Source: an uncultured Gammaproteobacteria bacterium (GTDB taxonomy: Bacteria > Pseudomonadota > Gammaproteobacteria > Pseudomonadales > Azotimanducaceae). From it: a stretch of DNA of 64,000 bases. The DNA is taken from positions 399-64,398 of the forward strand of contig CAJXAC010000003.1 of assembly GCA_913050035.1 (NCBI GenBank), in the 5' to 3' direction. Shown here piece by piece: positions 28,063-36,703 of the stretch; the stretch's first letter is position 1; each line of letters begins with the position of its first letter. Made by a program: the position numbers and the translations under genes. Under the pieces are notes generated by a model. The model had not been told where the DNA came from. It was given only the letters and a program-made list of their open reading frames with translations, and searched no databases.

Positions 28063-29031
28063 CTAAGGTACGGGTACGTTTTGCAGCAAAAGGTCAATCA
28101 CCTGGTCGCTAGTGATGCCTTGTGCATCTGCCTCGAAAGACAATATAAGGCGGTGGCGCAGCACATCATGGGCAACGTTTTGGATATCTTGTGGGGTTAC
28201 GAAATCGCGGCCATCAAGCCAAGCCAGCGCTCGGGCACAGGTGTCCAAGCCAATAGTGCCACGTGGGCTGCTGCCGTAATCGAGCCACTTTGCCAATTCT
28301 CTCTGGGGTGCGCGGCTGGCCATAACCAATTCCACCAGATAACGTTCCACCGGCTCTGCCATGTGTAGATTCAGCAGGTCCTTGCGCGCGCTGAATAGAT
28401 CCAACTGGGTTAGTTTGCGCGGTGTTTGATTCGATGTGCTTTGTGATTCTTGCCGCACTAGGTGCAGGATTTTTTGCTCAGCGTCTCTATCCGGATAGTC
28501 GACCACTAGGTGCATTAGGAATCGGTCTAATTGCGCCTCTGGCAGGGGGTATGTGCCTTCTTGCTCAATCGGGTTTTGGGTGGCCATGACTAAAAATAGC
28601 TCTGGCAGTGGAAAGGTCTCGCGGCCCACGCTGACTTGGTGCTCGGCCATTGCCTCGAGTAGGGCGGATTGAACTTTTGCGGGCGCGCGGTTGATTTCGT
28701 CGGCAAGGATCAGGTTGTGAAAAATTGGCCCAGGCTGAAAATTAAAGCTGCCATCTTCAGGCCTGTAGATTTCTGTGCCGGTGACATCGCTGGGTAAAAG
28801 GTCAGGAGTAAATTGAATACGGTGGAAGTCTCCTTCGATCAGTTCAGATAATTCTTTGATTGCCCGCGTCTTCGCGAGTCCTGGCGCGCCCTCTACTAAA
28901 AGGTGGCCGCCGCAAAGCAGTGCCATCATTAATCGCTCGACCAAAGCCTCTTGGCCGATGATTTTTTCGCCCAGCCATTTGGTCGCTGCGACGATGGCGG
29001 CATGGGGTGACTGTGTGTCCAGGGTGTTCAT
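28063..29031 (-). CDS. MoxR-family AAA+ ATPase
   Basis: Walker A LVEGAPGLAKT, Walker B LILADEINRA, 322 aa. Confidence 0.9.
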   Translation of the reverse strand: MNTLDTQSPHAAIVAATKWLGEKIIGQEALVERLMMALLCGGHLLVEGAPGLAKTRAIKELSELIEGDFHRIQFTPDLLPSDVTGTEIYRPEDGSFNFQPGPIFHNLILADEINRAPAKVQSALLEAMAEHQVSVGRETFPLPELFLVMATQNPIEQEGTYPLPEAQLDRFLMHLVVDYPDRDAEQKILHLVRQESQSTSNQTPRKLTQLDLFSARKDLLNLHMAEPVERYLVELVMASRAPQRELAKWLDYGSSPRGTIGLDTCARALAWLDGRDFVTPQDIQNVAHDVLRHRLILSFEADAQGITSDQVIDLLLQNVPVP

Positions 29032-29148
29032 CGTAAAAAGCTTGTATTGTGCAGAAAGCCAGCATTGTAGACTCGGACTTTAATTGGGGAAAGCGTCACT
29101 AGCGTTGAAACTCTGTGCCGAGGACCGCGCTCGTATTAAACTGCTGCA

Positions 29149-30162
29149 ATGTTCGAAACAAGCCAAAAACTCCTGCTTAAATTACCGCCAGAGATCGCAC
29201 ATGAAGTGGCCATCTCCGGATTACGCTTATTGGGCCGTCTGCCAGGGCGCGCACAGCCTTATACGTCTGCAAAAAAACGTTTATTCGGTTGCGAATTCGC
29301 AAACCCGATTGGGCTTGCGGCTGGGCTGGATAAAGACGCAAAAGCAGTCGCCGGGCTTGCGCGTCTTGGCTTTGGTTTTGTCGAGGTGGGTACGGTTACG
29401 CCACGTCCGCAACCAGGCAATCCGCGGCCGCGACTGTTTCGCTTGCCTGAACATCAAGCGTTAATAAATCGAATGGGCTTTAATAATCAGGGTGTTGTGA
29501 CCATGGTGCGGCGGCTTGATGCATTGCGTGCCCGGGACCAGCTCGGAGGCACTATTGTTGGTGTTAATTTGGGCAAAAATAAGGACACCCCTTTGGGCGC
29601 GGCAGCTGGCGACTACACCGTATGCATGCAGCGCCTCCATTCACTGGCCGACTATTTCACCTTGAATCTTTCGTCGCCGAATACGCCTGGCTTACGTCAA
29701 TTGCAGCATGGCAGCGAGTTGTCAGAATTGCTCGACCAAGTTAAGGAAATGCAGCAACGTCTGGCACAAGGCGGCGGCGTTACGCCGCTGTTGTTGAAGG
29801 TGGCTCCTGATCTTGATGACGAGGATATAGAGCGAATTGCCGAACAGGTTGTCAGACATGAATTGGAAGGTCTGATAGCGACCAATACCACGCTCGATCG
29901 GGGCGCTGTTGCCGGGCACCCGTCAAGTGCAGAGGCTGGCGGTTTGAGTGGTGCGCCTTTGACGGAGGTCAGCTGTTCTGTGGTGCAAAAATTCCGCCGG
30001 ATATTACCGGCACAATTGCCGATTGTCGGGGTCGGAGGCATTGGCAGCGTTAAAGACGCTCAAGCTATGCTAGATTCTGGTGCAAATTTGCTACAAATAT
30101 ACACATCCTTCATCTACCAAGGCCCCAAATTGGTGCGGTCTCTTGCTCAAAATGTCGCTTAA
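29149..30162 (+). CDS. pyrD: dihydroorotate dehydrogenase (quinone), class 2
   Basis: GLAAGLDKD, FGFVEVGTVTPRPQPGNPRPRLFR, LNLSSPNTPGLR, GVGGI. Confidence 0.95.
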   Translation: MFETSQKLLLKLPPEIAHEVAISGLRLLGRLPGRAQPYTSAKKRLFGCEFANPIGLAAGLDKDAKAVAGLARLGFGFVEVGTVTPRPQPGNPRPRLFRLPEHQALINRMGFNNQGVVTMVRRLDALRARDQLGGTIVGVNLGKNKDTPLGAAAGDYTVCMQRLHSLADYFTLNLSSPNTPGLRQLQHGSELSELLDQVKEMQQRLAQGGGVTPLLLKVAPDLDDEDIERIAEQVVRHELEGLIATNTTLDRGAVAGHPSSAEAGGLSGAPLTEVSCSVVQKFRRILPAQLPIVGVGGIGSVKDAQAMLDSGANLLQIYTSFIYQGPKLVRSLAQNVA

Positions 30163-30262
30163 CGCGCCAAAATAAATATTTTTCTCAAAATCTGCACTCT
30201 AATGTGGCGCGAATGCAGGCGATCGGTTTAAATAGGTGCTTCTACCACCTAGAGAGATTGTG

Positions 30263-31543
30263 ATGAAAGGACTGCTAACCATCGCGCTGATGCTTTGTGC
30301 CAGCCCCGTTTTTGCCAATGATGGAATCAGCGGCGCCGATACTGCTTGGATCATGACCGCTACGGCGTTGGTGCTGTTTATGACTTTGCCTGGATTGTCG
30401 TTGTTCTACGGCGGCTTAGTGCGAAGCAAAAACGTATTGAGCGTGCTAATGCAATGCTTTGCGATCGCCTGCCTTATGTCCATTCTTTGGATGGTGGTTG
30501 GTTACTCCCTAGCGTTTGGTGATGGCGGGTCTATGAACGCCTTTATCGGCGGGTTCGACAATGTTCTTTTGGCTGGGATTGGTGAGGGCACTGCTTCTGG
30601 CACTATTCCAGAGAGTGTGTTCGCGTTATTTCAAATGACCTTCGCAGTGATTACGCCAGCGCTGATCGTTGGTGGCTTCGCAGAAAGAATGCGCTTTTCT
30701 GCCGTACTGTTGTTTTGCGCCGCTTGGCTTATTTTGGTCTACGCACCGATTTGCCACTGGGTCTGGGGCGGTGGTTGGCTTTCTGAGCGTGGCGTAATGG
30801 ATTTCGCTGGGGGTACTGTGGTGCATATCACAGCCGGCGTAGCTGCCCTGGTCGCTGCAATGGTATTGGGTAATCGTCGAGGATTCCCGCAACAAGCCAT
30901 GCCACCGCACAACATGACTCTGACCGTTATGGGTGCGGGCATGCTTTGGGTCGGTTGGTTTGGTTTCAACGGCGGTAGCGCGTTGGCGGCCAACGGCGAC
31001 GCGGGTATGGCGATGTTGGTAACGCATATTTCTGCGGCCACTGGCGCCTTTACCTGGATGGTTATGGAGCGAATTCGTTTTGGCAAAGCGTCGGCGCTAG
31101 GCATTGTCACTGGCATGGTTGCGGGTTTAGGTACGATCACACCGGCATCGGGTTATGTAGGGCCCGGTGGTGCGTTGATTATCGGTCTTAGCGCTGGTGT
31201 TGTATGTTTCTTCGCGACCATCTACATCAAGCAAAGGCTGAAAATAGATGACTCGCTAGATGTATTCCCGGTGCATGGTGTAGGGGGTATTCTCGGTATG
31301 CTGCTAACGGGTGTTTTTGCAAGCAATGCCCTGGGTGTATTCAGCGGTCAGGAAGACATTGCGATTACTTCCCAAGTTGGCACACAGGCCCTCGGTGTGG
31401 TCGCCACAGTGCTATACACTGGGGTAGTGACTTGGGGGATCCTAAAGTTCACCGATGCTATGGTCGGTAATCGAGTTGACGAGGATCAAGAGCAGGAAGG
31501 TCTCGATCTTGTGTCCCATAACGAGCGCGGCTACGACCTATAA
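30263..31543 (+). CDS. amt: ammonium transporter
   Basis: Signal-like N-terminus, then DTAWIMTATALVLFMTLPGLSLFYGGLVR, VHITAG and FPVHGVGGILG, which are Amt signatures. Confidence 0.9.
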   Translation: MKGLLTIALMLCASPVFANDGISGADTAWIMTATALVLFMTLPGLSLFYGGLVRSKNVLSVLMQCFAIACLMSILWMVVGYSLAFGDGGSMNAFIGGFDNVLLAGIGEGTASGTIPESVFALFQMTFAVITPALIVGGFAERMRFSAVLLFCAAWLILVYAPICHWVWGGGWLSERGVMDFAGGTVVHITAGVAALVAAMVLGNRRGFPQQAMPPHNMTLTVMGAGMLWVGWFGFNGGSALAANGDAGMAMLVTHISAATGAFTWMVMERIRFGKASALGIVTGMVAGLGTITPASGYVGPGGALIIGLSAGVVCFFATIYIKQRLKIDDSLDVFPVHGVGGILGMLLTGVFASNALGVFSGQEDIAITSQVGTQALGVVATVLYTGVVTWGILKFTDAMVGNRVDEDQEQEGLDLVSHNERGYDL

Positions 31544-31571
31544 ATAGGTATTGCGGGCGCTAGTGTGGGGC

Positions 31572-32540
31572 TCAGTGCGTGCTGCGCGCGAAGGCAGTAC
31601 GCACCAACAGGTCTATAAGTTTTTCAAAATTCAGACCAAGGGCCCCAGCGCCGTCAGGGTAAAGACTGGTTGGTGTCATTCCGGGCAGGGTATTAACTTC
31701 TAGCAACGTGATGTTATTCGTGGCGTCTACGAGGAAGTCAGCGCGAGATAAATCTCGTAACCCCAGAGCCGAATGGGCGGCGACTGCTATACGCTGCAGT
31801 TCAGTAGTGACCTCTGGGGCAAGATCTGCTGGGACTATATGCTCACTTTGCCCGGGGGTGTAGCGATTCTCGTAGTCATACCATTGATTTGCCGCTGTAC
31901 GAATTTCGATCACTGGATGTGCCAGCAGGTCCGTTGACGTATGCAATACGCCCACAGTGATTTCTTTACCGGCGATGAAGGGTTCAACTAAACAATCGCC
32001 GAACTGTAGGGCTGCATTTAGCGCTGCATACAAGTCGCCGCCTTTAGGCAGCAATTGCACTCCAAGAGCTGAGCCTGTGTTGAGTGGCTTGATTGCAACT
32101 TGACTGCCAAAAGCCTGCTCAATGTCGTTGACAGTGGTTTCTAGATCCGCCGTGCTGGCAACGATGCGCTCTGGGCTTACCGGTAGGTTGTGCGATCGAA
32201 ATACAGACTTTGCAACAGCTTTATCCATCGCCAGAGCGCTGCCGCGGACCCCGCTACCGACATAGGGCAGACCGAGCATTTCGAGTAAGCCCTGAACTGT
32301 GCCGTCTTCACCAGGAGGACCATGCAGTGCTGGGAATACCACGTCTGGCTGTAATTTCATTAAAGTAGCCGGGCACTTGCGGTCCAGTTCAATCAAGCTG
32401 CTGTTGTGTCCTAGGGCCGTTAATGCTTTGTGAACTTCAGCGGCAGAACGACGCGATACCTCAGCTTCGGCGGATTCGCCTCCAGCCAGCACGGCGACGT
32501 TTAAAATGGTGTTATCGGCGGTTTGGATCTGCTCGGTCAT
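31572..32540 (-). CDS. ddl: D-alanine--D-alanine ligase
   Basis: [43 protein letters not shown]. Confidence 0.9.
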   Translation of the reverse strand: MTEQIQTADNTILNVAVLAGGESAEAEVSRRSAAEVHKALTALGHNSSLIELDRKCPATLMKLQPDVVFPALHGPPGEDGTVQGLLEMLGLPYVGSGVRGSALAMDKAVAKSVFRSHNLPVSPERIVASTADLETTVNDIEQAFGSQVAIKPLNTGSALGVQLLPKGGDLYAALNAALQFGDCLVEPFIAGKEITVGVLHTSTDLLAHPVIEIRTAANQWYDYENRYTPGQSEHIVPADLAPEVTTELQRIAVAAHSALGLRDLSRADFLVDATNNITLLEVNTLPGMTPTSLYPDGAGALGLNFEKLIDLLVRTAFARSTH

Positions 32541-32546
32541 ATGGCA

Positions 32547-33113
32547 TTAAGGTCTCAACTTGGCCCTCGAGTCAATAACGCACCAGCGCTGATGATCCCG
32601 CCATGCACCATCGAGAAACAAAAAATTCTTTGATAAGCCCTCATATTCAAAACCGCAGCGGCGCACTAGCTCCTGGGAGCGTAGATTATCGGGCTGGATG
32701 TTAGCCTCCAGCCGATGCAGGCCCATGGTGCTGAACGCATAGTCGATTAATCGCGTCAATCCTGCTTGCATGTAGCCCTGGCCTTGAAAGGTCGCTCCCA
32801 CGTAATAACCGAGTGATGCGCTGAGAAAAGAACCGCGAACGATGTTGTTTATGTTTATCACACCAACGATGACTTCATCGGTCCCGCGGCAGATGGCAAA
32901 CCCCTCATGATCGTTACGGCGAATCCGCTGCAGATAATATTTAAACAGGGCTGGCGTGGTAGGGGCTTGTATCCAAGGTTGGTGTAATTCTTCACTGGCG
33001 CGCATGAGCGCAAGAAATTCTGCCTCGTCGTTATGCGTTACCCGCCTTAGATAAATATCGTTACAAGGCCTCACGAGGTTTCTCGTTGTTGGAATTAAGG
33101 CTTTGCGCGCCAA
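32547..33113 (-). CDS. GNAT family N-acetyltransferase (RimJ/RimL-like)
   Basis: 188 aa. QGQGYMQAGLTRLIDYAF...LHRLEANIQPDN is typical of RimJ/L-type acetyltransferases. The exact start is uncertain because it overlaps the upstream small ORF. Confidence 0.8.
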   Translation of the reverse strand: MARKALIPTTRNLVRPCNDIYLRRVTHNDEAEFLALMRASEELHQPWIQAPTTPALFKYYLQRIRRNDHEGFAICRGTDEVIVGVININNIVRGSFLSASLGYYVGATFQGQGYMQAGLTRLIDYAFSTMGLHRLEANIQPDNLRSQELVRRCGFEYEGLSKNFLFLDGAWRDHQRWCVIDSRAKLRP

Positions 33114-33300
33114 TAAAATCTGTAATGGTCGGGGTAAGTAAGCCCAGACCGATTGCCATGACCAGTACTGGGTGAAAATCCCTCGTTCCTACGTGCGTCA
33201 GTGCTGTCAGCGAAAAGTCGATTTGTTGCCATGCCAATACGCCGTAGGTGATCAGTGCAAAACTGAGGGTCAGTAAAAGGTAGCGGATGGTCTGGCGCAT
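33061..33300 (-). CDS. possible small two-helix membrane protein
   Basis: 79-aa ORF with two hydrophobic stretches. No family recognised; it overlaps the GNAT start by about 50 nt. Confidence 0.3.
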   Translation of the reverse strand: MRQTIRYLLLTLSFALITYGVLAWQQIDFSLTALTHVGTRDFHPVLVMAIGLGLLTPTITDFIGAQSLNSNNEKPREAL

Positions 33301-33363
33301 ATATTTGGCAACTTGCTTAAGTTGGCGTGGATATTAGTGGCTTCTTTACGTGTATGACAGTGT

Positions 33364-34344
33364 TCAGCCGTCTTCAGTGACTCGGCTAAAAAAATAAGCT
33401 GCGCCGCGCCGACGCAACCAAGCCGCAGAAAATTGTTCACGATCGTAACAACGTGCGACGTCCACAGTATCTGCTGCGGCTGGATCCATGACATATACTT
33501 CACTGTCGCTGAGGCCATACACCAACACTAGATGGCCGGCAGTGCGTTTGAGTGGTGCCGTATCTAATTCACCGGGGTCAAAACGAATACTGCATATTAC
33601 CGGTGTTTGTTGCAGTAACGCCTGCTCAATTGTTGACCAATTGGTACTGCATTCTACTGCGGCTAGGCAATTTAAACGGCTGGCCTGATAAATCGCTTGA
33701 GGCCACATACCATAGGCTTTCGTGACTGGGTCATAACAGTCCGAGATCAGTTCGGTCCATAATTTCGTGTATTGCGCGGATGTGTTGAGCCTATGCAGAT
33801 AGGCTATTGCCATGGCAAGTGCGGTGGGCGAACAAATGCGGCTTCGAATAGCACTGGCGGCGGCCATTTGACTGATCGCGGGTGGTGGCTCCAAGCGGGT
33901 TGCGCTGATTGGGTTGCATGTACTAGAGACTTCTAAAGGACGCGCCGAGGCCACGCAAAGATAGTCACGTGGTCGCGAGTTACAGGCGACTCGCAGAACC
34001 AGACGCGCTGCTGTGATCGGATGGTGAGAGTGCCAACAATCTATGTGATCGCTCAGTTGTGGGTTATTGTCGCTATGCTCGGGGAATAATACGTGGTCGC
34101 TAGTGGCAGGAAGAGGGCGCAGGACATTCTTACCGTCGGCATGTTGCAGCATAAATTGGTACTGGTACTCAGCGTCGACGAGGGCAAAGCTCGGAACGAT
34201 AATATGCTCTGGCGGCAGGTCATTAAGATCTATTGAGGTCTGCCATAGCGCCGATTCAAGCGCCTCCCACTGTGCCGGACCGGACATTGGCAACGGATAC
34301 TGCGTAACGGCTTGGGTTTCACCGAGGCGTCGGGTAAATTTCAT
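33364..34344 (-). CDS. papain-fold (peptidase C39-like) domain protein with an unrecognised N-terminal domain
   Basis: Start taken at MKFTRR (34344). Candidate catalytic Cys context ICSPTALAMAIAYL and His context GHLVLVYG...VYVMDPA resemble C39-like peptidases. Confidence 0.45.
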   Translation of the reverse strand: MKFTRRLGETQAVTQYPLPMSGPAQWEALESALWQTSIDLNDLPPEHIIVPSFALVDAEYQYQFMLQHADGKNVLRPLPATSDHVLFPEHSDNNPQLSDHIDCWHSHHPITAARLVLRVACNSRPRDYLCVASARPLEVSSTCNPISATRLEPPPAISQMAAASAIRSRICSPTALAMAIAYLHRLNTSAQYTKLWTELISDCYDPVTKAYGMWPQAIYQASRLNCLAAVECSTNWSTIEQALLQQTPVICSIRFDPGELDTAPLKRTAGHLVLVYGLSDSEVYVMDPAAADTVDVARCYDREQFSAAWLRRRGAAYFFSRVTEDG

Positions 34345-34451
34345 TGTTGAATGATAGCGCGCTGATCGTATAACTGAAATTAGATACGGTAGTGCGCTGC
34401 CCGGGAAGCAACGAAGAATACGAAGACTATGATTTTGGAACATGCCCGCAG

Positions 34452-34697
34452 ATGCGAGAAATAGTTCTCTATACGACTGAACATTGCAGTCTGTGCGATG
34501 TAGCAATGGATTTGTTGTTGTCTCTGCCGGAGATCAAGGGTTGTGCCCTCAGGACGTTAGATATCGCCAGCAGCGACCGACTGATGGCTGAATTTGGCCA
34601 GCGTATTCCGGTAGTAGCCATTGGCAACGTCCAGCTTGATGCGCCTTTTGATGCTGAAAAATTGCGTGATTGGCTGCAGAATAATACCGTGGACTGA
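34452..34697 (+). CDS. glutaredoxin-like protein (DUF836 type)
   Basis: MREIVLYTTEHCSLCD has a CxxC motif in a thioredoxin-fold context. About 81 aa. Confidence 0.65.
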   Translation: MREIVLYTTEHCSLCDVAMDLLLSLPEIKGCALRTLDIASSDRLMAEFGQRIPVVAIGNVQLDAPFDAEKLRDWLQNNTVD

Positions 34698-34727
34698 TAG
34701 AAGGCCACGTTTTTGGAGGGAAAAATT

Positions 34728-35867
34728 GTGAAAGCCAGTGAATATCAACTTGCTCAACAGAGCTATGTGAGCCAGGGCATGGCGCGTGCTTTAACCTTGG
34801 GGAATCGTGGTCCATTGAGGTTCGATCAGCAGGGTCGTTTGCATGAGGATATCTTAGAGGCATATTGGCGAACCGGTTTTTATGTCTTTGAAAATGTCAT
34901 TGACCCATCTGAAATTAAGTTACTGCAAGCAGAAATCGAAAACCTGTTGGCACGGGCGCCGGTGGACAATGGCGCATTGGAAGACGCTCAGGGCAGGCCT
35001 GCTTTTGGCCAGGAATTCGCGCGCCCAATTTATTCTCTGATACCGCCCCTAACCGATCCTTGGGGAGGCACTGATAAGCTCAATGGCCGGCATCCAACAA
35101 AAATGACGCAGCCAGAATCGGCGTCAAGTGCGCCAAAAAAAGTGGTGTTCTTAATGTCGGGAATGTGCCAAACCATGGATTCTGGCCTCAGGTTATACGG
35201 ACATCCGGAATTGTTGAAAATCGCTGCCTCCATCAATGGCGATGACTTTGTCCCCTATAATGATGCGATTTTTATTAAACAACCTGGATTAGGTGGTTCG
35301 GTGTCGTGGCATCAGGATGGTGTTACCCATTGGGATTCACCGCAGTGGGATCAGGGCATCCATGGCTTTAACTTTCAGGTTCAGCTCTACGATACATCGG
35401 CACAGAGTTGTTTATGGGTAGTGCCGGGCACCCATAAGGACGGTAAGTTAGACATAAAGCAGAGGGTTGCCGACAACGCTGGGTCTGAATTTTTGCCGGA
35501 CGCTGTACCGCTATTTGCTGCAGCAGGGGACGTGACCATTGTTAACCGGCAAGCACTGCATGGTTCATTCGCCAATACTTCAAAAGATATGCGCGTGTCG
35601 CTGACCTTCGGTTTTCATCGGCGGTCTTCAGTGCTTGGGGCTAGCGGTGCGCTAAGCCAGTCGAATGACGAGGTCTATGATGCACAGCGCATTGACCGTC
35701 GCTCTCAGGTTGTCGCAGTAGCGATCGATGCACGGCAGCAGTTCTATCCAGAAGAGTCCCGTTATCAATATCTGCCAATGTTGGGCCGAGAAGCACAATT
35801 GGCGCATTCAGAAGAGAATTGGGAGCGAGTGATTCGCGATTATAATTTGCACGACCTGTCGATTTAA
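34728..35867 (+). CDS. phytanoyl-CoA dioxygenase (PhyH) family Fe(II)/2-oxoglutarate oxygenase
   Basis: HxD iron motif in SVSWHQDGVTHW and a later LHGSFAN. GTG at 34728 is 7 nt after GGAGGG; the track start is the TTG at 34713. Confidence 0.75.
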   Translation: MKASEYQLAQQSYVSQGMARALTLGNRGPLRFDQQGRLHEDILEAYWRTGFYVFENVIDPSEIKLLQAEIENLLARAPVDNGALEDAQGRPAFGQEFARPIYSLIPPLTDPWGGTDKLNGRHPTKMTQPESASSAPKKVVFLMSGMCQTMDSGLRLYGHPELLKIAASINGDDFVPYNDAIFIKQPGLGGSVSWHQDGVTHWDSPQWDQGIHGFNFQVQLYDTSAQSCLWVVPGTHKDGKLDIKQRVADNAGSEFLPDAVPLFAAAGDVTIVNRQALHGSFANTSKDMRVSLTFGFHRRSSVLGASGALSQSNDEVYDAQRIDRRSQVVAVAIDARQQFYPEESRYQYLPMLGREAQLAHSEENWERVIRDYNLHDLSI

Positions 35868-36703
35868 TCGCCCGTATCGAAGCCAAATAGCCGTTGTGCG
35901 TTGGCTGAACACAATTGGCCTAATTCCTGGGGGCTCTGCCCGCGTAGCTCTGCGAGCTGGTTCAGTACAAATGGCAGTAAGGCCGGCTCGTTTCGACGTC
36001 GGTATTTCTTGAGTGCGGCGAGTGTGTCTGGGAACATCCGGGCATTTTCCGGGGCATTATGTGGTCGCAAAAATGGCCCATCGGTTTCAATCATTATGCG
36101 ATTGTCGGGTATCAAGCCCACTAGTTCTCGGAGTGCGCCCCCGCGCGCCTCGTCACACAGCCAGCCGGTAATGCCGATATAACAGTCAGCATTTAGATAG
36201 TTGTCGAGCTCTTCAGCACTGCCAGTAAAACAGTGCACAATAATGCTGAGTGGCTGGATAGGTTGGGTAAGCCAATGCAAAACCTCGCCTTGGCTGTCCC
36301 TATCGTGAACGAATATTGGCAGTGTTGTTTCGCTGGCGACCTCGATTTGCGCCTGAAAAGCTCGTCTTTGGGCTGCCGGCTCGGAAAAGTTGCGATTGAA
36401 ATCTAAACCGCATTCACCGATTGCCGATACTAATCTGTGTTTGCTGAGCTCGCGCAGTCGCTTGCTGTCACTATCTTTCCAAGTTTGTGCATCGTGAGGA
36501 TGAACTCCAGCCGTGGTCAGTAGTTGTGGCCAGTTTTTTTCGTTCTCGGCGTATTCACACAGCACCTTATTTGCCGACACCATATCCAGATCAGTAGCGC
36601 AGGCTAATATACCGGTGATGCCCGCTTGGGCTGAGCGTTCTAGGATCTCGGATTGGTCGTCGCCGAATTGCGAGTTCTGCAGGTTTACACAGATATCGAT
36701 CAT
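35864..36703 (-). CDS. TatD family metal-dependent hydrolase
   Basis: MIDICVNL, GVHPHDA, AIGECGLDF, IHCFTG, ETDGPFL. Confidence 0.85.
   Translation of the reverse strand: MIDICVNLQNSQFGDDQSEILERSAQAGITGILACATDLDMVSANKVLCEYAENEKNWPQLLTTAGVHPHDAQTWKDSDSKRLRELSKHRLVSAIGECGLDFNRNFSEPAAQRRAFQAQIEVASETTLPIFVHDRDSQGEVLHWLTQPIQPLSIIVHCFTGSAEELDNYLNADCYIGITGWLCDEARGGALRELVGLIPDNRIMIETDGPFLRPHNAPENARMFPDTLAALKKYRRRNEPALLPFVLNQLAELRGQSPQELGQLCSANAQRLFGFDTGD

Noticed and set aside
29084-29464. 126-aa plus-strand ORF overlapping the 5' end of pyrD
   Set aside because: It is in a different frame from the unmistakable PyrD sequence and has no recognisable motif.
30163-30211. 7-bp inverted repeat CGCGCCA ... 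TGGCGCG after pyrD
   Set aside because: The 35-nt loop and lack of a T-tract make it unconvincing as a terminator. It may be coincidental.
30205-30220. Possible sigma-54 (-24/-12) promoter TGGCGCGAATGCAGGC upstream of amt
   Set aside because: The GG is present, but the -12 GC does not fall at the consensus spacing (TGGCAC-N5-TTGC). I cannot support it without a matrix score.
30626-31140. Two overlapping 133-aa antisense ORFs inside amt. Similar long antisense ORFs occur inside the MFS gene (2938-3423), the kinase (9753-10193), mfd (47627-47986) and the P450 (59255-59659).
   Set aside because: Each lies wholly within a gene with strong family motifs on the opposite strand. Their compositions are Arg/Pro/Ser-biased, as expected for non-coding frames in GC-rich DNA.
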